The notes: a model not told the origin generated them from the letters alone. A stretch of DNA of 64,000 nt from a virus (IMGVR_UViG_3300028580_000125:1-64000); one strand, 5' to 3'. Positions 7,389 to 16,803 are shown, numbered from the stretch's first letter. Numbers and translations: made by a program.

Positions 7389-8824
7389 TGGATGGCGGCT
7401 CCAGAAGCGGGCTGATGGTCGCCGCCCATGAGCGGGGGCTGTTCTGCCGATTCTTCTTCGACGGATTCCCCGGCCTGAAGTTCTTCTGCCGGTGTTTCAT
7501 CGATTTCAGTGGGTTCAGGGGTTGCAACAGGCTTGTTCCCGGCAGATATCCAGTTGTCGTCTTCGGCGCTGGCTTCTGCCTGGGGGTTAAGCATGCAGGT
7601 GTTGCAAGGGGGCATATTGACGGCCATGCTCTTGTAGTTGCAGGTGGAGCACTCACGGCGAGGCGTCCAGTTGTCCACGCCGCCCTCAACGGTCTGTGAG
7701 CAGTTGGCGCATTCATCAGCTTGGGTGCCGTCGTCAGCGTTGGGCATGTGTCCGCAGTCAACGCAGGTGTGCCCCCAGGTCTGAGGCGTGGGCTCCGTCG
7801 TCCCGATCCTGTTGCGCGGGTCTTCACCGAGCGGTGCGGAATGCCCCTTGATGGAAGGCGGGCCGTCAAACAGCGTCGGGCGGCGTTCGTCTGCAGTCAT
7901 GGGGCGGCGCATAATTTCTTCTGCGGCATCGTCGGCAGTGACGTACACGACTTCGCCGGAATCAAAGTCCTGGTAGACGTCACATTCAACGTCCTGTGGC
8001 TCAGTCTTGCCGAAGCGGAACTCCTCGGCAGCCCTACTCAAGGCCTCCTGGTGTTCCTCGATGCGGTTTTTAAAGCTCTTGCGCACGCTGGCGAGTTCAT
8101 CTTCAAGCTGGTCGATCTTAGCCTGCGCAGCAGCCATTTTGCTACCAAGCTCCAGTTTGTCCTCGTCGGACAAGGGGAAAGCCTTTGTGCAGGTTTCTTT
8201 CTTGAGCCAGTGGACATCCCGGCCACGCAAGCACACCGGCAGCGTTTCACCGGGATCACATTCTTCAGAGGCTTCGGGGCCATCGTCAGAGGTGCAGGCG
8301 CTTTCGTCCGGCACATCGTCAGGGCAAAGGTCTGTTGGCTCCACCGCGCTGGCAAGAACGTTGCACAAAACGGTGTCGCCCACGTTGATTTCGCTTTCGT
8401 CGTGGGTAAAGGAAGCCGTGGGAATGTCGGCGGTGTTGGCGTGGCGGTCTTCGACAGTGGCCGTTTCGCCATCTTCCGAAAAGGCGTGGATGGTGAGAGT
8501 GATCGCCATTGTAGCGTTGGGATCAGGCTCAGGATCGGGCGCAGTTTCCAGCGGCTGTTCCTGCTGGCTGCCGCCACTTTCGGCAATCGCATACCCCTGC
8601 CCATCGACAAGGCCGTTGTCCTCTGCCAGCCAATCGGGAAGCGTCACTTCGACATTCGTGTCATCGCGTTCGCCGACGTATTCAATCTGGCTCTTGGGCA
8701 GCCAGACTTTATCGCCAGCACACATGAGCATGATAGCGTCCTCGGTCTCCTGTACGATATCGCCGCAGACCGTATACATTTCGGGTTCAGGGCGCGGGAG
8801 CGCCTTGGCTTTCTTCTTGGGCAT
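7385..8824 (-). CDS. Hypothetical acidic phage protein with coiled coil and Cys-rich C-terminus
   Basis: AAGGAG RBS before ATG 8824 (MPKKKAK); VWLPKSQI...TLPDWLA N-domain; CxxC pairs. Confidence 0.7.
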   Translation of the reverse strand: MPKKKAKALPRPEPEMYTVCGDIVQETEDAIMLMCAGDKVWLPKSQIEYVGERDDTNVEVTLPDWLAEDNGLVDGQGYAIAESGGSQQEQPLETAPDPEPDPNATMAITLTIHAFSEDGETATVEDRHANTADIPTASFTHDESEINVGDTVLCNVLASAVEPTDLCPDDVPDESACTSDDGPEASEECDPGETLPVCLRGRDVHWLKKETCTKAFPLSDEDKLELGSKMAAAQAKIDQLEDELASVRKSFKNRIEEHQEALSRAAEEFRFGKTEPQDVECDVYQDFDSGEVVYVTADDAAEEIMRRPMTADERRPTLFDGPPSIKGHSAPLGEDPRNRIGTTEPTPQTWGHTCVDCGHMPNADDGTQADECANCSQTVEGGVDNWTPRRECSTCNYKSMAVNMPPCNTCMLNPQAEASAEDDNWISAGNKPVATPEPTEIDETPAEELQAGESVEEESAEQPPLMGGDHQPASGAAIQ

Positions 8825-8907
8825 GTTGTGCTCCTTAAAAATGGTTGCGCCCGCGACGCCATAAGAACGCCGCGGGCACTGTGGAGGGTGTGTGAGTTGT
8901 AGGGAAA

Positions 8908-9825
8908 CTATTGGCGGGCGCGGGCACTGAATGTCGTGCACAGGCCCCTCAGCTTTGCCAATGCAAGGCGCACTTCACCATCATTGGCAGGGCTGTATGT
9001 GATGATGATGGACATGGTTTTGTCCGGCCCTGCTTCAGCCGCAGGGGCCGTGGTAACGGCGGGAGCCGCAGACGTTTGGGGAGCAACCCACCGTTTGGCT
9101 GCTGGGGCTGGTACGCTGCGTTCTTCCTGGCGCGCCAGTGCCCGTTGTGCTGCGCTGGTAATGTCCTTGCACACATCATCGAGGGGCGTTGACAAACTGG
9201 TGTGCCATTGGGTCATAAACTGCGCGACGGACAGTTCAAGATGGTATTCAGCGTTTGTCGCCTTAACCGCCTGTTCAATGGCCGAGGCCCGCTCTACTCT
9301 CGCCTGCTCTGCCTGCTGCTGTAACCGCAGCGATTCGATGCGCTGGTCAATGATGCCCTGGACAGCTTCGCGGATGGATTTCAGTGTTGTTGATTTGAGC
9401 AGCCACTTGTCCTGTATGGGAATTGCAAAGGCTTGGACTTCGCCCTTCCGCTTGTCCAGTTCTTCCGAAATGGCGTTCTGTACGACAGTGCGCTTATTCT
9501 CGCGCTCCTGCGAGACGAAATGCTGAACCTGATCGCTGAGGGACTTGTATGTGGCGTCAAAAATGGCCGTAACCTTTTTTATCTGCCCTTCAAACTCCTT
9601 AAGCGGCGCGCTGAGCTTTTTGACTGTCTCCTTGCGAGAATTATCCACGCTGATTTTGGCTTTATTCAAATCAGACATGCACACGCGAATTTCAGAAACC
9701 TGATCTTCGGTAATAACAAGCCCTTGGTATTTTCTCGTCATACCCTGCGCCCAAGCCACCAAGCCTGCGTAATCGAAACTTACGGCAGGCAGGCTTGTTT
9801 GCAGCTTCATACGCGAGTCTTCCAT
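8908..9825 (-). CDS. DUF1351-like protein
   Basis: LNKAK..VDNSRKETVKKLSAPLKEFE coiled-coil pattern; lies in the recombination module. Confidence 0.7.
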   Translation of the reverse strand: MEDSRMKLQTSLPAVSFDYAGLVAWAQGMTRKYQGLVITEDQVSEIRVCMSDLNKAKISVDNSRKETVKKLSAPLKEFEGQIKKVTAIFDATYKSLSDQVQHFVSQERENKRTVVQNAISEELDKRKGEVQAFAIPIQDKWLLKSTTLKSIREAVQGIIDQRIESLRLQQQAEQARVERASAIEQAVKATNAEYHLELSVAQFMTQWHTSLSTPLDDVCKDITSAAQRALARQEERSVPAPAAKRWVAPQTSAAPAVTTAPAAEAGPDKTMSIIITYSPANDGEVRLALAKLRGLCTTFSARARQ

Positions 9826-9828
9826 GGC

Positions 9829-10980
9829 TTACCCCTCCTCAGGAAGATCAACGGCCCATTCAGGGCAGCGGGTGCGCTGATTGCACTTTTCGCAATCGGC
9901 TTCCGTTACCATCGTGGCTCCATCCGTGCGCGGGCATGGGAAAGCATTGGGGTTCTGGCTGTTCTGCTGCTGGGGTTGCGGCGCTGGTTCCGTGGGAACC
10001 GCACGTTCTTCTTTCTGAACAGGGGGCTGTGCCTGAGCAGGTGCTTTCTCGCGTACATGGACAGGTTCCTTCGGCGTAATCTCGCCGGTATCCATGTCTA
10101 TGTGTTCTCCGGGGGCAGCCTGGGGCAGCGTCGCCTTAATGTCGTCCATCGTCATTGGCTTAGGTTCTTCATCCAAGCCAAACGATCCTGGCGACATTTC
10201 AGACAGGTCGATGGTGTCGTGGATTTCTTCGGCGGTCTGAATGCCCATGAGCAGTTCAGGGGCGTAGAGCTTGCCAAAGAATGAGGCGGCGCGGTACCTG
10301 AGCATGACTTCCGGCATGGTCTTCCACTTGGAACCGTCCTTCCCATACCAGCCTTCAAGGACTGCCATTTCGATACTGACGGGAGGCGAAGAAATGCGCT
10401 CGCCGGTGGCCTTTTCAATGGCCCAAGCCACGCACTTCATATTACGAATGCGAGCATTCTTGGACACGTCCTTGCGGAAGTTGCGGCCATTCTGTGGGTT
10501 CTGCTCCCACACTTTTTCTGACCACTCAAAGTTCTTCTCCCCAAGGTCTTCGATCTCGAACCGCAAAGGGCTGAACTTGCCGCAAGCGTTAATGGCCGCC
10601 GTAATGAACTGCGAAGACCAGCCTGGCCGCCCCTCAACGATGTACAGATTCTGCATGATCATGAGCGGGTCGGCACCAAGGCGCTGTGACATGTTCAAGG
10701 CCAGCACACAGTTGGAAATGGCGTTGGGGTTTTGGGTTGGCTGCCCTTCCTGGTTGCCGTACTTGTCGCGCTTGACCCACAGGGATTGGTATTGTTTCGG
10801 TACCAGCGTCGAGTTGGAGAGCAGGTGTGCCGCTCTTTGCATGAGGTCAAGCCCGCCAGCCGTGAAAAAACCAATCTGGGTTTCAGCAGGGAGGCTGCGA
10901 GTTGATGCTTTGAGTTCTGCGAGGCTTGTTGGATTAACGCCGGGGCGCGGCGCTTGGGGTGCGGTTGCGGCCTGAGTCAT
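9829..10980 (-). CDS. Phage single-strand annealing recombinase (RecT-like)
   Basis: LSNSTLVPKQYQ, NCVLALNMSQRLGADPLMIMQNLYIVEGRPGWSS, SKWKTMPEVMLRYRA; adjacent to an exonuclease. Confidence 0.75.
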   Translation of the reverse strand: MTQAATAPQAPRPGVNPTSLAELKASTRSLPAETQIGFFTAGGLDLMQRAAHLLSNSTLVPKQYQSLWVKRDKYGNQEGQPTQNPNAISNCVLALNMSQRLGADPLMIMQNLYIVEGRPGWSSQFITAAINACGKFSPLRFEIEDLGEKNFEWSEKVWEQNPQNGRNFRKDVSKNARIRNMKCVAWAIEKATGERISSPPVSIEMAVLEGWYGKDGSKWKTMPEVMLRYRAASFFGKLYAPELLMGIQTAEEIHDTIDLSEMSPGSFGLDEEPKPMTMDDIKATLPQAAPGEHIDMDTGEITPKEPVHVREKAPAQAQPPVQKEERAVPTEPAPQPQQQNSQNPNAFPCPRTDGATMVTEADCEKCNQRTRCPEWAVDLPEEG

Positions 10981-10985
10981 GGTAG

Positions 10986-11786
10986 TTACCTCCTCCACCG
11001 GCACACATGATAAGCCGGGCAGTATTTTTCTCCGCAGATTTGCGATTTGGGGTTTCCGTAAAACAGGCCGCTGTGCAGCATGTTAGAAGCGATGGTGAGC
11101 AGCCCTGGACCTTCATCGCCCCCTACAAGCAGGGAGCGTGCGCCAGATATCTCCCCGATCCCTGCCCTTCGGCCTTTGTCGGTTTTTGCCACCTGTAGGC
11201 CAAAAATCTTTGCAGGGGCATCAATGGGCAGCCCTGTTGCCCTGGAAGCCATGAGCTCGTACACGCCCATCTGGGCGGCATGGCCCTTGGTATTAACCTT
11301 GCCATCGGCGGCTACAGCGCTCTTACCTGTCTTTATATCGCCAATGCCCAAGCAACCGCTCGTCTCGTAGATACGATCCAGAGTCCCGGTAAGGACCAGG
11401 GCAACGTCTTCTATGGGAAGATCGTCGCAGGTTGCCTCAACGGCAATGTAGGACTGCAGGGGGGCTATTTGCTCGCAGTACATCTTGTGCAGGGGTAAGG
11501 CGATGCTCTCCGCTTCGCGCGGGGAAGATTCCCCCCAATCCACCTCTTCATCGGGGTGGTGTATGGCGTCCACTACGGCACCAGCAGCTTCATCTGGCGT
11601 AAGGGGATTACCTTCAATGATCCGCTGGTCGAAAAGCGCGGCGCCGGCATGAACTGCAGTGCCAAGACGCGCGGCGTCAGATGCGGGCAAGTGCAACCCT
11701 TTGACGTATTTCGCCTCCCAGCGCGCCGGGCAATCAAAAAGCTCTGCCAGCGACGATGCGCGAATTTTGATGGCCTCAGCCTTCAT
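10986..11786 (-). CDS. PD-(D/E)XK RecB/Cas4-like exonuclease
   Basis: CPARW, GTAVH, LTGTLD...DIKTG, QMGVY, and C-terminal CGEKYCPAYHVC Fe-S-type cysteines. Confidence 0.85.
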   Translation of the reverse strand: MKAEAIKIRASSLAELFDCPARWEAKYVKGLHLPASDAARLGTAVHAGAALFDQRIIEGNPLTPDEAAGAVVDAIHHPDEEVDWGESSPREAESIALPLHKMYCEQIAPLQSYIAVEATCDDLPIEDVALVLTGTLDRIYETSGCLGIGDIKTGKSAVAADGKVNTKGHAAQMGVYELMASRATGLPIDAPAKIFGLQVAKTDKGRRAGIGEISGARSLLVGGDEGPGLLTIASNMLHSGLFYGNPKSQICGEKYCPAYHVCRWRR

Positions 11787-12001
11787 TGTTCCCTCCCACG
11801 GCTAAATATTTCAATAAGAAGCCCTGACGGGCACCAAGACCTGATCTTGTCCATGATCTGCGCCCGCGTTCCGTTGAGGATTACGAGGCTTCCTTTGCGG
11901 TAAATGTACATCCTCATGTCATCCCCCCATGCGCTCGCCGATTGCGATGACGAGCGGAAGGGACATGACGCCAAACAGAACGATCAGAATGTCGCGCGCG
12001 C

Positions 12002-12190
12002 TCATTGTGTGGACTCCTTCTCGCAATCCTGGTCTGCCAATGGGCATTGATCTGGATCGCAAAGTTCTCCATTAAGTTTGCAACGGTATCCCGGTTCGTC
12101 GCCGGGGTAGTATGCCCCCTGGCAACACCCTGGGATGTCGTCACCAAAAGACCTGTGCCCACGGCTGTATTCTCCCAAGTGCTCGCACAT
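12002..12190 (-). CDS. Small Cys-rich hypothetical protein
   Basis: GGAG RBS before ATG 12190; six Cys; in the operon directly after the tRNA. Confidence 0.45.
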   Translation of the reverse strand: MCEHLGEYSRGHRSFGDDIPGCCQGAYYPGDEPGYRCKLNGELCDPDQCPLADQDCEKESTQ

Positions 12191-12210
12191 GGCAGACTCC
12201 ATTTGAAAAT

Positions 12211-12287
12211 TGGTCGGGGCGACTGGATTCGAACCAGCGACCTTCGGCTCCCAAAGCCGCTGCGCTACCTGGCTGCGCTACGCCCCG
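12211..12287 (-). tRNA. tRNA-Pro (TGG), phage-encoded
   Basis: 77-nt cloverleaf CGGGGCGTAGCGCAGCCAGGTAGCGCAGCGGCTTTGGGAGCCGAAGGTCGCTGGTTCGAATCCAGTCGCCCCGACCA; encoded CCA; G27-A43 mismatch. Confidence 0.93.
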
Positions 12288-12520
12288 TCGCTGAAAATGG
12301 AAAAGGCCGGGGGAAGGGAAACACCCCCGGCCTTCGATTGCCCCCATGGCAGTTGTTCTGTTCAGCGGCTATCCACCGGCCTTAACGGTGTGCCTCACTG
12401 CTACAGAGCCATGGGAGGATTGTTCCCTCGATTGCCGAGGGCCGCGGATGACCATTGATTCCTCCCTGACGGGTTCACCCGGTATGTGCATATGTGAAAT
12501 GCCTGAGCATGATGCCCTGG

Positions 12521-12772
12521 CTAGGTGCCTTCTGAAAGCGTGAACCTCGACACATTCACTGGCCAGCCAGGTTCACCATCTCTGCTGTCTGTGGAATGCA
12601 GGCTGGCAAGAAGCAGTGTTTGCTCAGTCGCAGTCATCTGGTGCGGAGCTTCAGGAAGAAGCAAGTCTGTGGTTTTGTACCATCGCCCATTGCTTCCCTT
12701 GAAAACCGCCCTTCCCCAAAAGTCTTTGCCGACAAATTTTAGGGATACAGGCGAGGATTCGTTGGTGCTCAT
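12521..12772 (-). CDS. Hypothetical phage protein
   Basis: MSTNESS...LKFVGKDFWGRAVFK...DGEPGWPV; GGAGG RBS; start overlaps the upstream stop. Confidence 0.6.
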   Translation of the reverse strand: MSTNESSPVSLKFVGKDFWGRAVFKGSNGRWYKTTDLLLPEAPHQMTATEQTLLLASLHSTDSRDGEPGWPVNVSRFTLSEGT

Positions 12773-12990
12773 TTGCCCTCCCGGCATTTGATTTTGACCT
12801 TTTTCTTGAGCAAGCCGTTGCTCTTGGCAAAGGCCATCTTGAACCGTGCCTCCTGATCTGCGGCCACGCTGAGACATTCTTCCATGGTTCTGACCGGGCG
12901 CGCACCTTCAAGGAAGGTGGCTTGCCGTTCGACATGCAAGGACGTGTTGTTCGACAGGTAAAACGTGATCAGTAGGAAGAATGTTTTCAT
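12769..12990 (-). CDS. Hypothetical protein with hydrophobic N-terminus
   Basis: GGAGG RBS before ATG 12990 (MKTFFLLITFYL...TMEEC...KIKC). Confidence 0.5.
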   Translation of the reverse strand: MKTFFLLITFYLSNNTSLHVERQATFLEGARPVRTMEECLSVAADQEARFKMAFAKSNGLLKKKVKIKCREGK

Positions 12991-13071
12991 GGACCCTCCA
13001 AAATTGAAAAAGGCCGCTCCCCGATGGAACGGCCCCAGCGACGCGACATAGCTACAAAACGCGGCGCAAAT

Positions 13072-13183
13072 TGATGGCAGGCCCCGGATTCGCACCGGGC
13101 GCTGGCCTCTACGGATTGTCTGGTCATGCGCTTGTTGCCAGAGTCCTCAGCTTTCCCCACGTTCGCCGTGGGCCGCACCTGCC
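13072..13183 (-). ncRNA. tRNA-like RNA (canonical acceptor stem and T arm, expanded middle)
   Basis: 7-bp acceptor GGCAGGT/GCCTGCC followed by A-TCA; T arm CCCGG-TGCGAAT-CCGGG; 77-nt interior with two further hairpins. Confidence 0.5.
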
Positions 13184-13256
13184 GTAAACATCTCCATCAC
13201 CGGCAGCGACCATTTGCAGGTAGTCCCGAAATTGGTCGCTGCCGGTGGGGAAAAAT

Positions 13257-13463
13257 TCATTCAGTAAGCCCAATCGCGGTTTTGAGGTCGCGCTTTTCAG
13301 GGAGCATAAGTTCAAGGCCGGGAATAACCCACGTGTTGAGCCATACGCGCAAATGGTGGCTATTCATTGATTCAAACACTTCTCGCGAAACCTGACTGCT
13401 GTCTTCACAGCGCAACCTTATGATCAAGTTACGAACCACTTGTTCCTCTTGTGCATTAAGCAT
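13257..13463 (-). CDS. Hypothetical protein, first gene of the leftward operon
   Basis: GGAGG RBS before ATG 13463. Confidence 0.5.
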   Translation of the reverse strand: MLNAQEEQVVRNLIIRLRCEDSSQVSREVFESMNSHHLRVWLNTWVIPGLELMLPEKRDLKTAIGLTE

Positions 13464-13842
13464 GACTGCCTCCACCTTTTAGAAGTTCCTTCATTGCCGC
13501 CAAGGCTCTCGTGCGGCCCTGGCGGTATATAAAAGAAATTCGTTGTGCCTGAATAATTGCCGAACTCGGTTGCAGGTTGTCACCCTGGGGGTTAGTCACC
13601 TCCCCCGAACCTCCCCGACGCCGTTAGATCTTCCGCGACGGATCTACAGAACCCGCCCAAGTGGGCATTTTTGACAACTTTTGAATGGCCTCTATTCGAG
13701 CTTACGGCTGGGCCTCTTGCTCCCAGCACCCGACTTGTGGCCGGGCCTTCATGCCGCCAAGTTGCTGCCGATTGAGAATTCGGTTCGCTACTCTGTGCCG
13801 AAACACGCGTTCGCAACCTCTTCCTCGTTGGCAAAATCAAAA

Positions 13843-13892
13843 TAAGTCAATTTGACTTACTATGCAACAAAAAAATAAGTCAATTTGACCTA
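13843..13892. promoter_or_regulatory. Left operator: two TAAGTCAATTTGAC(T/C)TA palindromes
   Basis: 8-1-8 inverted repeats at 13843-13859 and 13876-13892 in an AT-rich region heading the leftward operon. Confidence 0.85.
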
Positions 13893-14210
13893 TACTTTTT
13901 TGCTCGATAGAATCCTGGAAAATTAAAAGCCCCCAGGCGGGGGCAAGGAGGGCGACGGGTATGAGCGGAATTGACAGAGCTAATGAGATCGAAGGCGGGA
14001 TTGGATCAGAAGGAGCGCAGGAGGGAAATATGAGGAGGGTGGAGTCTGCTATCAAGGAAGCCGTGATCTCCGCATACTGCAAGGAGAATGAGTTTCCTAT
14101 CCAATTATTTGATGGGATAGAACCTGCCGAGAGTATTCAATTAAAAAGCTACGCACGGCGCATCGCCGAAGTTTTGACTGGAATTATCATGAAAAGAAAG
14201 GGTTCACAGC

Positions 14211-14408
14211 TTATCTGCTTTTGGACTCGTCAAGGATGCCCCGAACTTCCTCCATCGCAGGAGTGAGGCAGGAAATTATTGCGTCAGCCGCTTCCTGAGC
14301 ATCCAACTCTGGGTTCATCTTCTGAATCAAGGCGGTGAACCCAGCAAAAATTATTGTATTGGTTACTTCGAGTTGGTCCTTAATTTCCTTAAACTGTGCA
14401 TCTGTCAT
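14211..14408 (-). CDS. Small hypothetical protein (immunity-region accessory gene)
   Basis: GGAG RBS before ATG 14408; co-oriented with cI. Confidence 0.5.
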   Translation of the reverse strand: MTDAQFKEIKDQLEVTNTIIFAGFTALIQKMNPELDAQEAADAIISCLTPAMEEVRGILDESKSR

Positions 14409-14431
14409 ATCTTTTCTCCAATAAATAAAAA

Positions 14432-15295
14432 TCACCCCAGCAGCGCCAGCACAGAGTTCTCATACTCTTGGATTCTGTCCGTCTTGGGGATTTCAGGAGG
14501 CGTAATCTGCTGCAACTTTTCTCCGTCTTCAGAGTAGTCTGGCGCACGCAAATAATACAATTGAGACACAACCGACAGCGGGTCCTGGATGGATTGAGGC
14601 CTTAAACTGTTTTCCCAATTTACTGCAATGACATTCAATTTTTTTATTGTTTCATTATCAAGCCTAGATGAAACCATCTTCAACGCCTGCTGAACATCTA
14701 ACAAAGATGATACAATACTAGATCTTTCATTATCAATTTTGGCTGACTGTTCTTTTGTTTTCATCAATCTATTAAGTTTCTTTTCGTATAAGATCGAAAG
14801 GACCTTAGTCCAGAAATACGATTTTGAAATTCCAGGCTCCGTATTTTCGTCACGATACAACAATGCAAGATAGCCCATGGCCGTTTTATCGCCCTCACTA
14901 GCCAATGAAAGAGCAAGATTTTCATACTGCTTTCTATTTTCAGCGTAATAAAGATAAAAAGATAAAAGCGCCGACCTGCCAATCCTACTTTGGCTTGAAC
15001 AGCGCACTAAAAGCTTTTCAGCCTCAATTAAATCTTTATTTAGGCATTCACCATTGGCTAGTGCACAAGCCTTATAAAATAAATATTCAAGTTCACCATA
15101 TTTTTTTACTTTCTTAAGCTCTTTTAAAGCTAAATTACATTCCTTGTCATAAATGCATCTAGGAAATGTGAGTACGGAAACTATTGGATTATTTTTATCA
15201 ACAGGAAGTGACAGCATCGCATCATCAATACAAGATGCTAAGGAAAAATTGGAAAACGAAAAAATAAATATTGCCGTTGCAACAATTATTTTCAT
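14432..15295 (-). CDS. AT-rich exported Sel1-like repeat protein, possible lipoprotein (moron)
   Basis: Signal peptide MKIIVATAIFIFSFSNFSLASC with LASC lipobox; Sel1-like helices (GECLNKDLIEAEKLL; ASEGDKTAMGYLALLY); visibly low GC. Confidence 0.65.
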   Translation of the reverse strand: MKIIVATAIFIFSFSNFSLASCIDDAMLSLPVDKNNPIVSVLTFPRCIYDKECNLALKELKKVKKYGELEYLFYKACALANGECLNKDLIEAEKLLVRCSSQSRIGRSALLSFYLYYAENRKQYENLALSLASEGDKTAMGYLALLYRDENTEPGISKSYFWTKVLSILYEKKLNRLMKTKEQSAKIDNERSSIVSSLLDVQQALKMVSSRLDNETIKKLNVIAVNWENSLRPQSIQDPLSVVSQLYYLRAPDYSEDGEKLQQITPPEIPKTDRIQEYENSVLALLG

Positions 15296-15326
15296 AGCAA
15301 CTCCAATCATTTCATAACATTATTGC

Positions 15327-15689
15327 TTAGTTTTTGTAGGAGGAGCTTCGCTCCACAGACTCAACTGGCGGGAGTCCACTGGATATCGCTTCCTCCTGCA
15401 CCTTTTTTTCTTGCACGGGTTGAGGGGCAATCCTCGTACCGAGTATCTTAGTTTGGGCAACACCACATAGGTCTGTTATAGAAATGCCCATTGCGCAAGC
15501 CAAATCATAAGCATCCCGAACAGAAAGTTCCCGGGGCGGATCACCATTTCTGATTTTACGCCACTTTGTCCCGGCATCTTTTCTGTGGGGCCACGCCATC
15601 TCAGCCAATGGCTTTGCCTTAAGCCCTTTTTTCAATGATATCTCAATGATAACATCTACTAGGGCGCGTTCGAATTCATATCCTTTCAT
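15327..15689 (-). CDS. CI-like repressor (HTH)
   Basis: XRE-like HTH (LAEMAW...KWRKIRNG...LSVRDAYDLACAMGISITDL); divergent from a Cro-like gene across the operator. Confidence 0.7.
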   Translation of the reverse strand: MKGYEFERALVDVIIEISLKKGLKAKPLAEMAWPHRKDAGTKWRKIRNGDPPRELSVRDAYDLACAMGISITDLCGVAQTKILGTRIAPQPVQEKKVQEEAISSGLPPVESVERSSSYKN

Positions 15690-15745
15690 ACTTTTACTCT
15701 ACGTGAGTTAGGTCAGCTTTCAATCAGTCAAACCTTGTGTTGATA

Positions 15746-15766
15746 AATAAGTCAATTTGACTTATT
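15746..15766. promoter_or_regulatory. Right operator palindrome AATAAGTCAATTTGACTTATT
   Basis: 10-1-10 inverted repeat with the same core as the left operators; lies between divergent cI and cro. Confidence 0.85.
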
Positions 15767-15787
15767 AAAAACCAAGAGGAACACACT

Positions 15788-16036
15788 ATGAACAATGAAC
15801 TCGAGAAGGCTTTTGCTGCACTTCGTAAGAAGTATGGGACGCATTGTGCCGCCGCAGAACATTTGGGTATTTACCGGGATCACTACCGCAGGCTTCGTAA
15901 CGGCCGGGCAAACATTCCCCAGCGCACCGCCGACTACATCCTGCTCAAGGCGAAGGAGGCTGTGGAGGATATGCCCGATATCAGTTCAACAGCGCCTGCC
16001 ATACCGCACGAACCTGCGCAGTCTGCCCACCCGTAA
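15788..16036 (+). CDS. Cro-like HTH regulator
   Basis: GAGGA RBS; THCAAAEHLGIYRDHYRRLRNG HTH. Confidence 0.75.
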   Translation: MNNELEKAFAALRKKYGTHCAAAEHLGIYRDHYRRLRNGRANIPQRTADYILLKAKEAVEDMPDISSTAPAIPHEPAQSAHP

Positions 16037-16266
16037 GCTGATTCGCTGCATGTCCAACCGCCCTTTCGACGGCGGCATCCTGCGGCATATCGCCGGGGTA
16101 GCTTCGGTACAGAGGTGTGGGCATGAGCGGCGAGACAACGGTGACAAGCAGACGTCCGTGTTTGGGCGTGATGTGGGCTCGGAATAAAAGTTTGGATTCT
16201 GCCATGTCCCATAATGGCATGGCCAAAGGCTCATGAAACCATCTAATATCAGTGGAATTTGACCCT

Positions 16267-16803
16267 ATGGACTACCAAACAATGAGCCACGTCGACGCCA
16301 TGCGCGAGGCAAAAGCTGCCAGCGGCATGACGGACGAAGAAATTGCAAAGGCGGCAAACATATCTGTGCATGCGGTGCGGCAGTATCAGCGCCCGCGCGA
16401 CGGATATGCCCCCGGCCTCGACAAAATTCCCACCCTGTGCCGCGTCATGGGCAACAACATCCTGCTCTCTTGGATTCAAGCCCAGGCTGACACCCGCGCA
16501 GACTACAATGACATTCCCCCTGCCACCTCCCGCGCCGAAGTGCTGACGGCGGTTGCCCGCGTGTCTGCCACTCTTGGCGACGCGCAGCGCAGGCTTGCCG
16601 ACTCGGAGCACAGCGGCATTGACCCTGAGTGCGCCCGCGACGTGCGCGGACTCATGAACGATGTGATCGAAGACTGCCGCGTTGTGATGGCAAAGCTGCT
16701 GCCCATTGCCCAGTTCAAGGACAGGACACGTTGCTACCCGCTTCTGAGCAAGGCAAACAACGGCTCTAAATACCGCAAGCCCTGGTGGAGGTTCTGGTCA
16801 TGA
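16267..16803 (+). CDS. Phage regulatory CII-family protein
   Basis: HTH (GMTDEEIAKAANISVHAVRQY), LCRVMGNNILLSW; positioned after cro. Confidence 0.7.
   Translation: MDYQTMSHVDAMREAKAASGMTDEEIAKAANISVHAVRQYQRPRDGYAPGLDKIPTLCRVMGNNILLSWIQAQADTRADYNDIPPATSRAEVLTAVARVSATLGDAQRRLADSEHSGIDPECARDVRGLMNDVIEDCRVVMAKLLPIAQFKDRTRCYPLLSKANNGSKYRKPWWRFWS

Noticed and set aside
5395-10975. Long plus-strand ORFs (e.g. 5395-6195, 7721-8902, 9433-10284)
   Set aside because: These are antisense shadows of well-supported minus-strand genes in GC-rich DNA, with no RBS or motifs. The same applies to minus-strand shadows at 26652-27659, 30021-30995 and 45877-46941.
10986-11786. Cas4-like nuclease as evidence of CRISPR-Cas
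   Set aside because: I saw no repeat-spacer array or other cas genes; its position beside a RecT-like gene indicates a phage recombination exonuclease.
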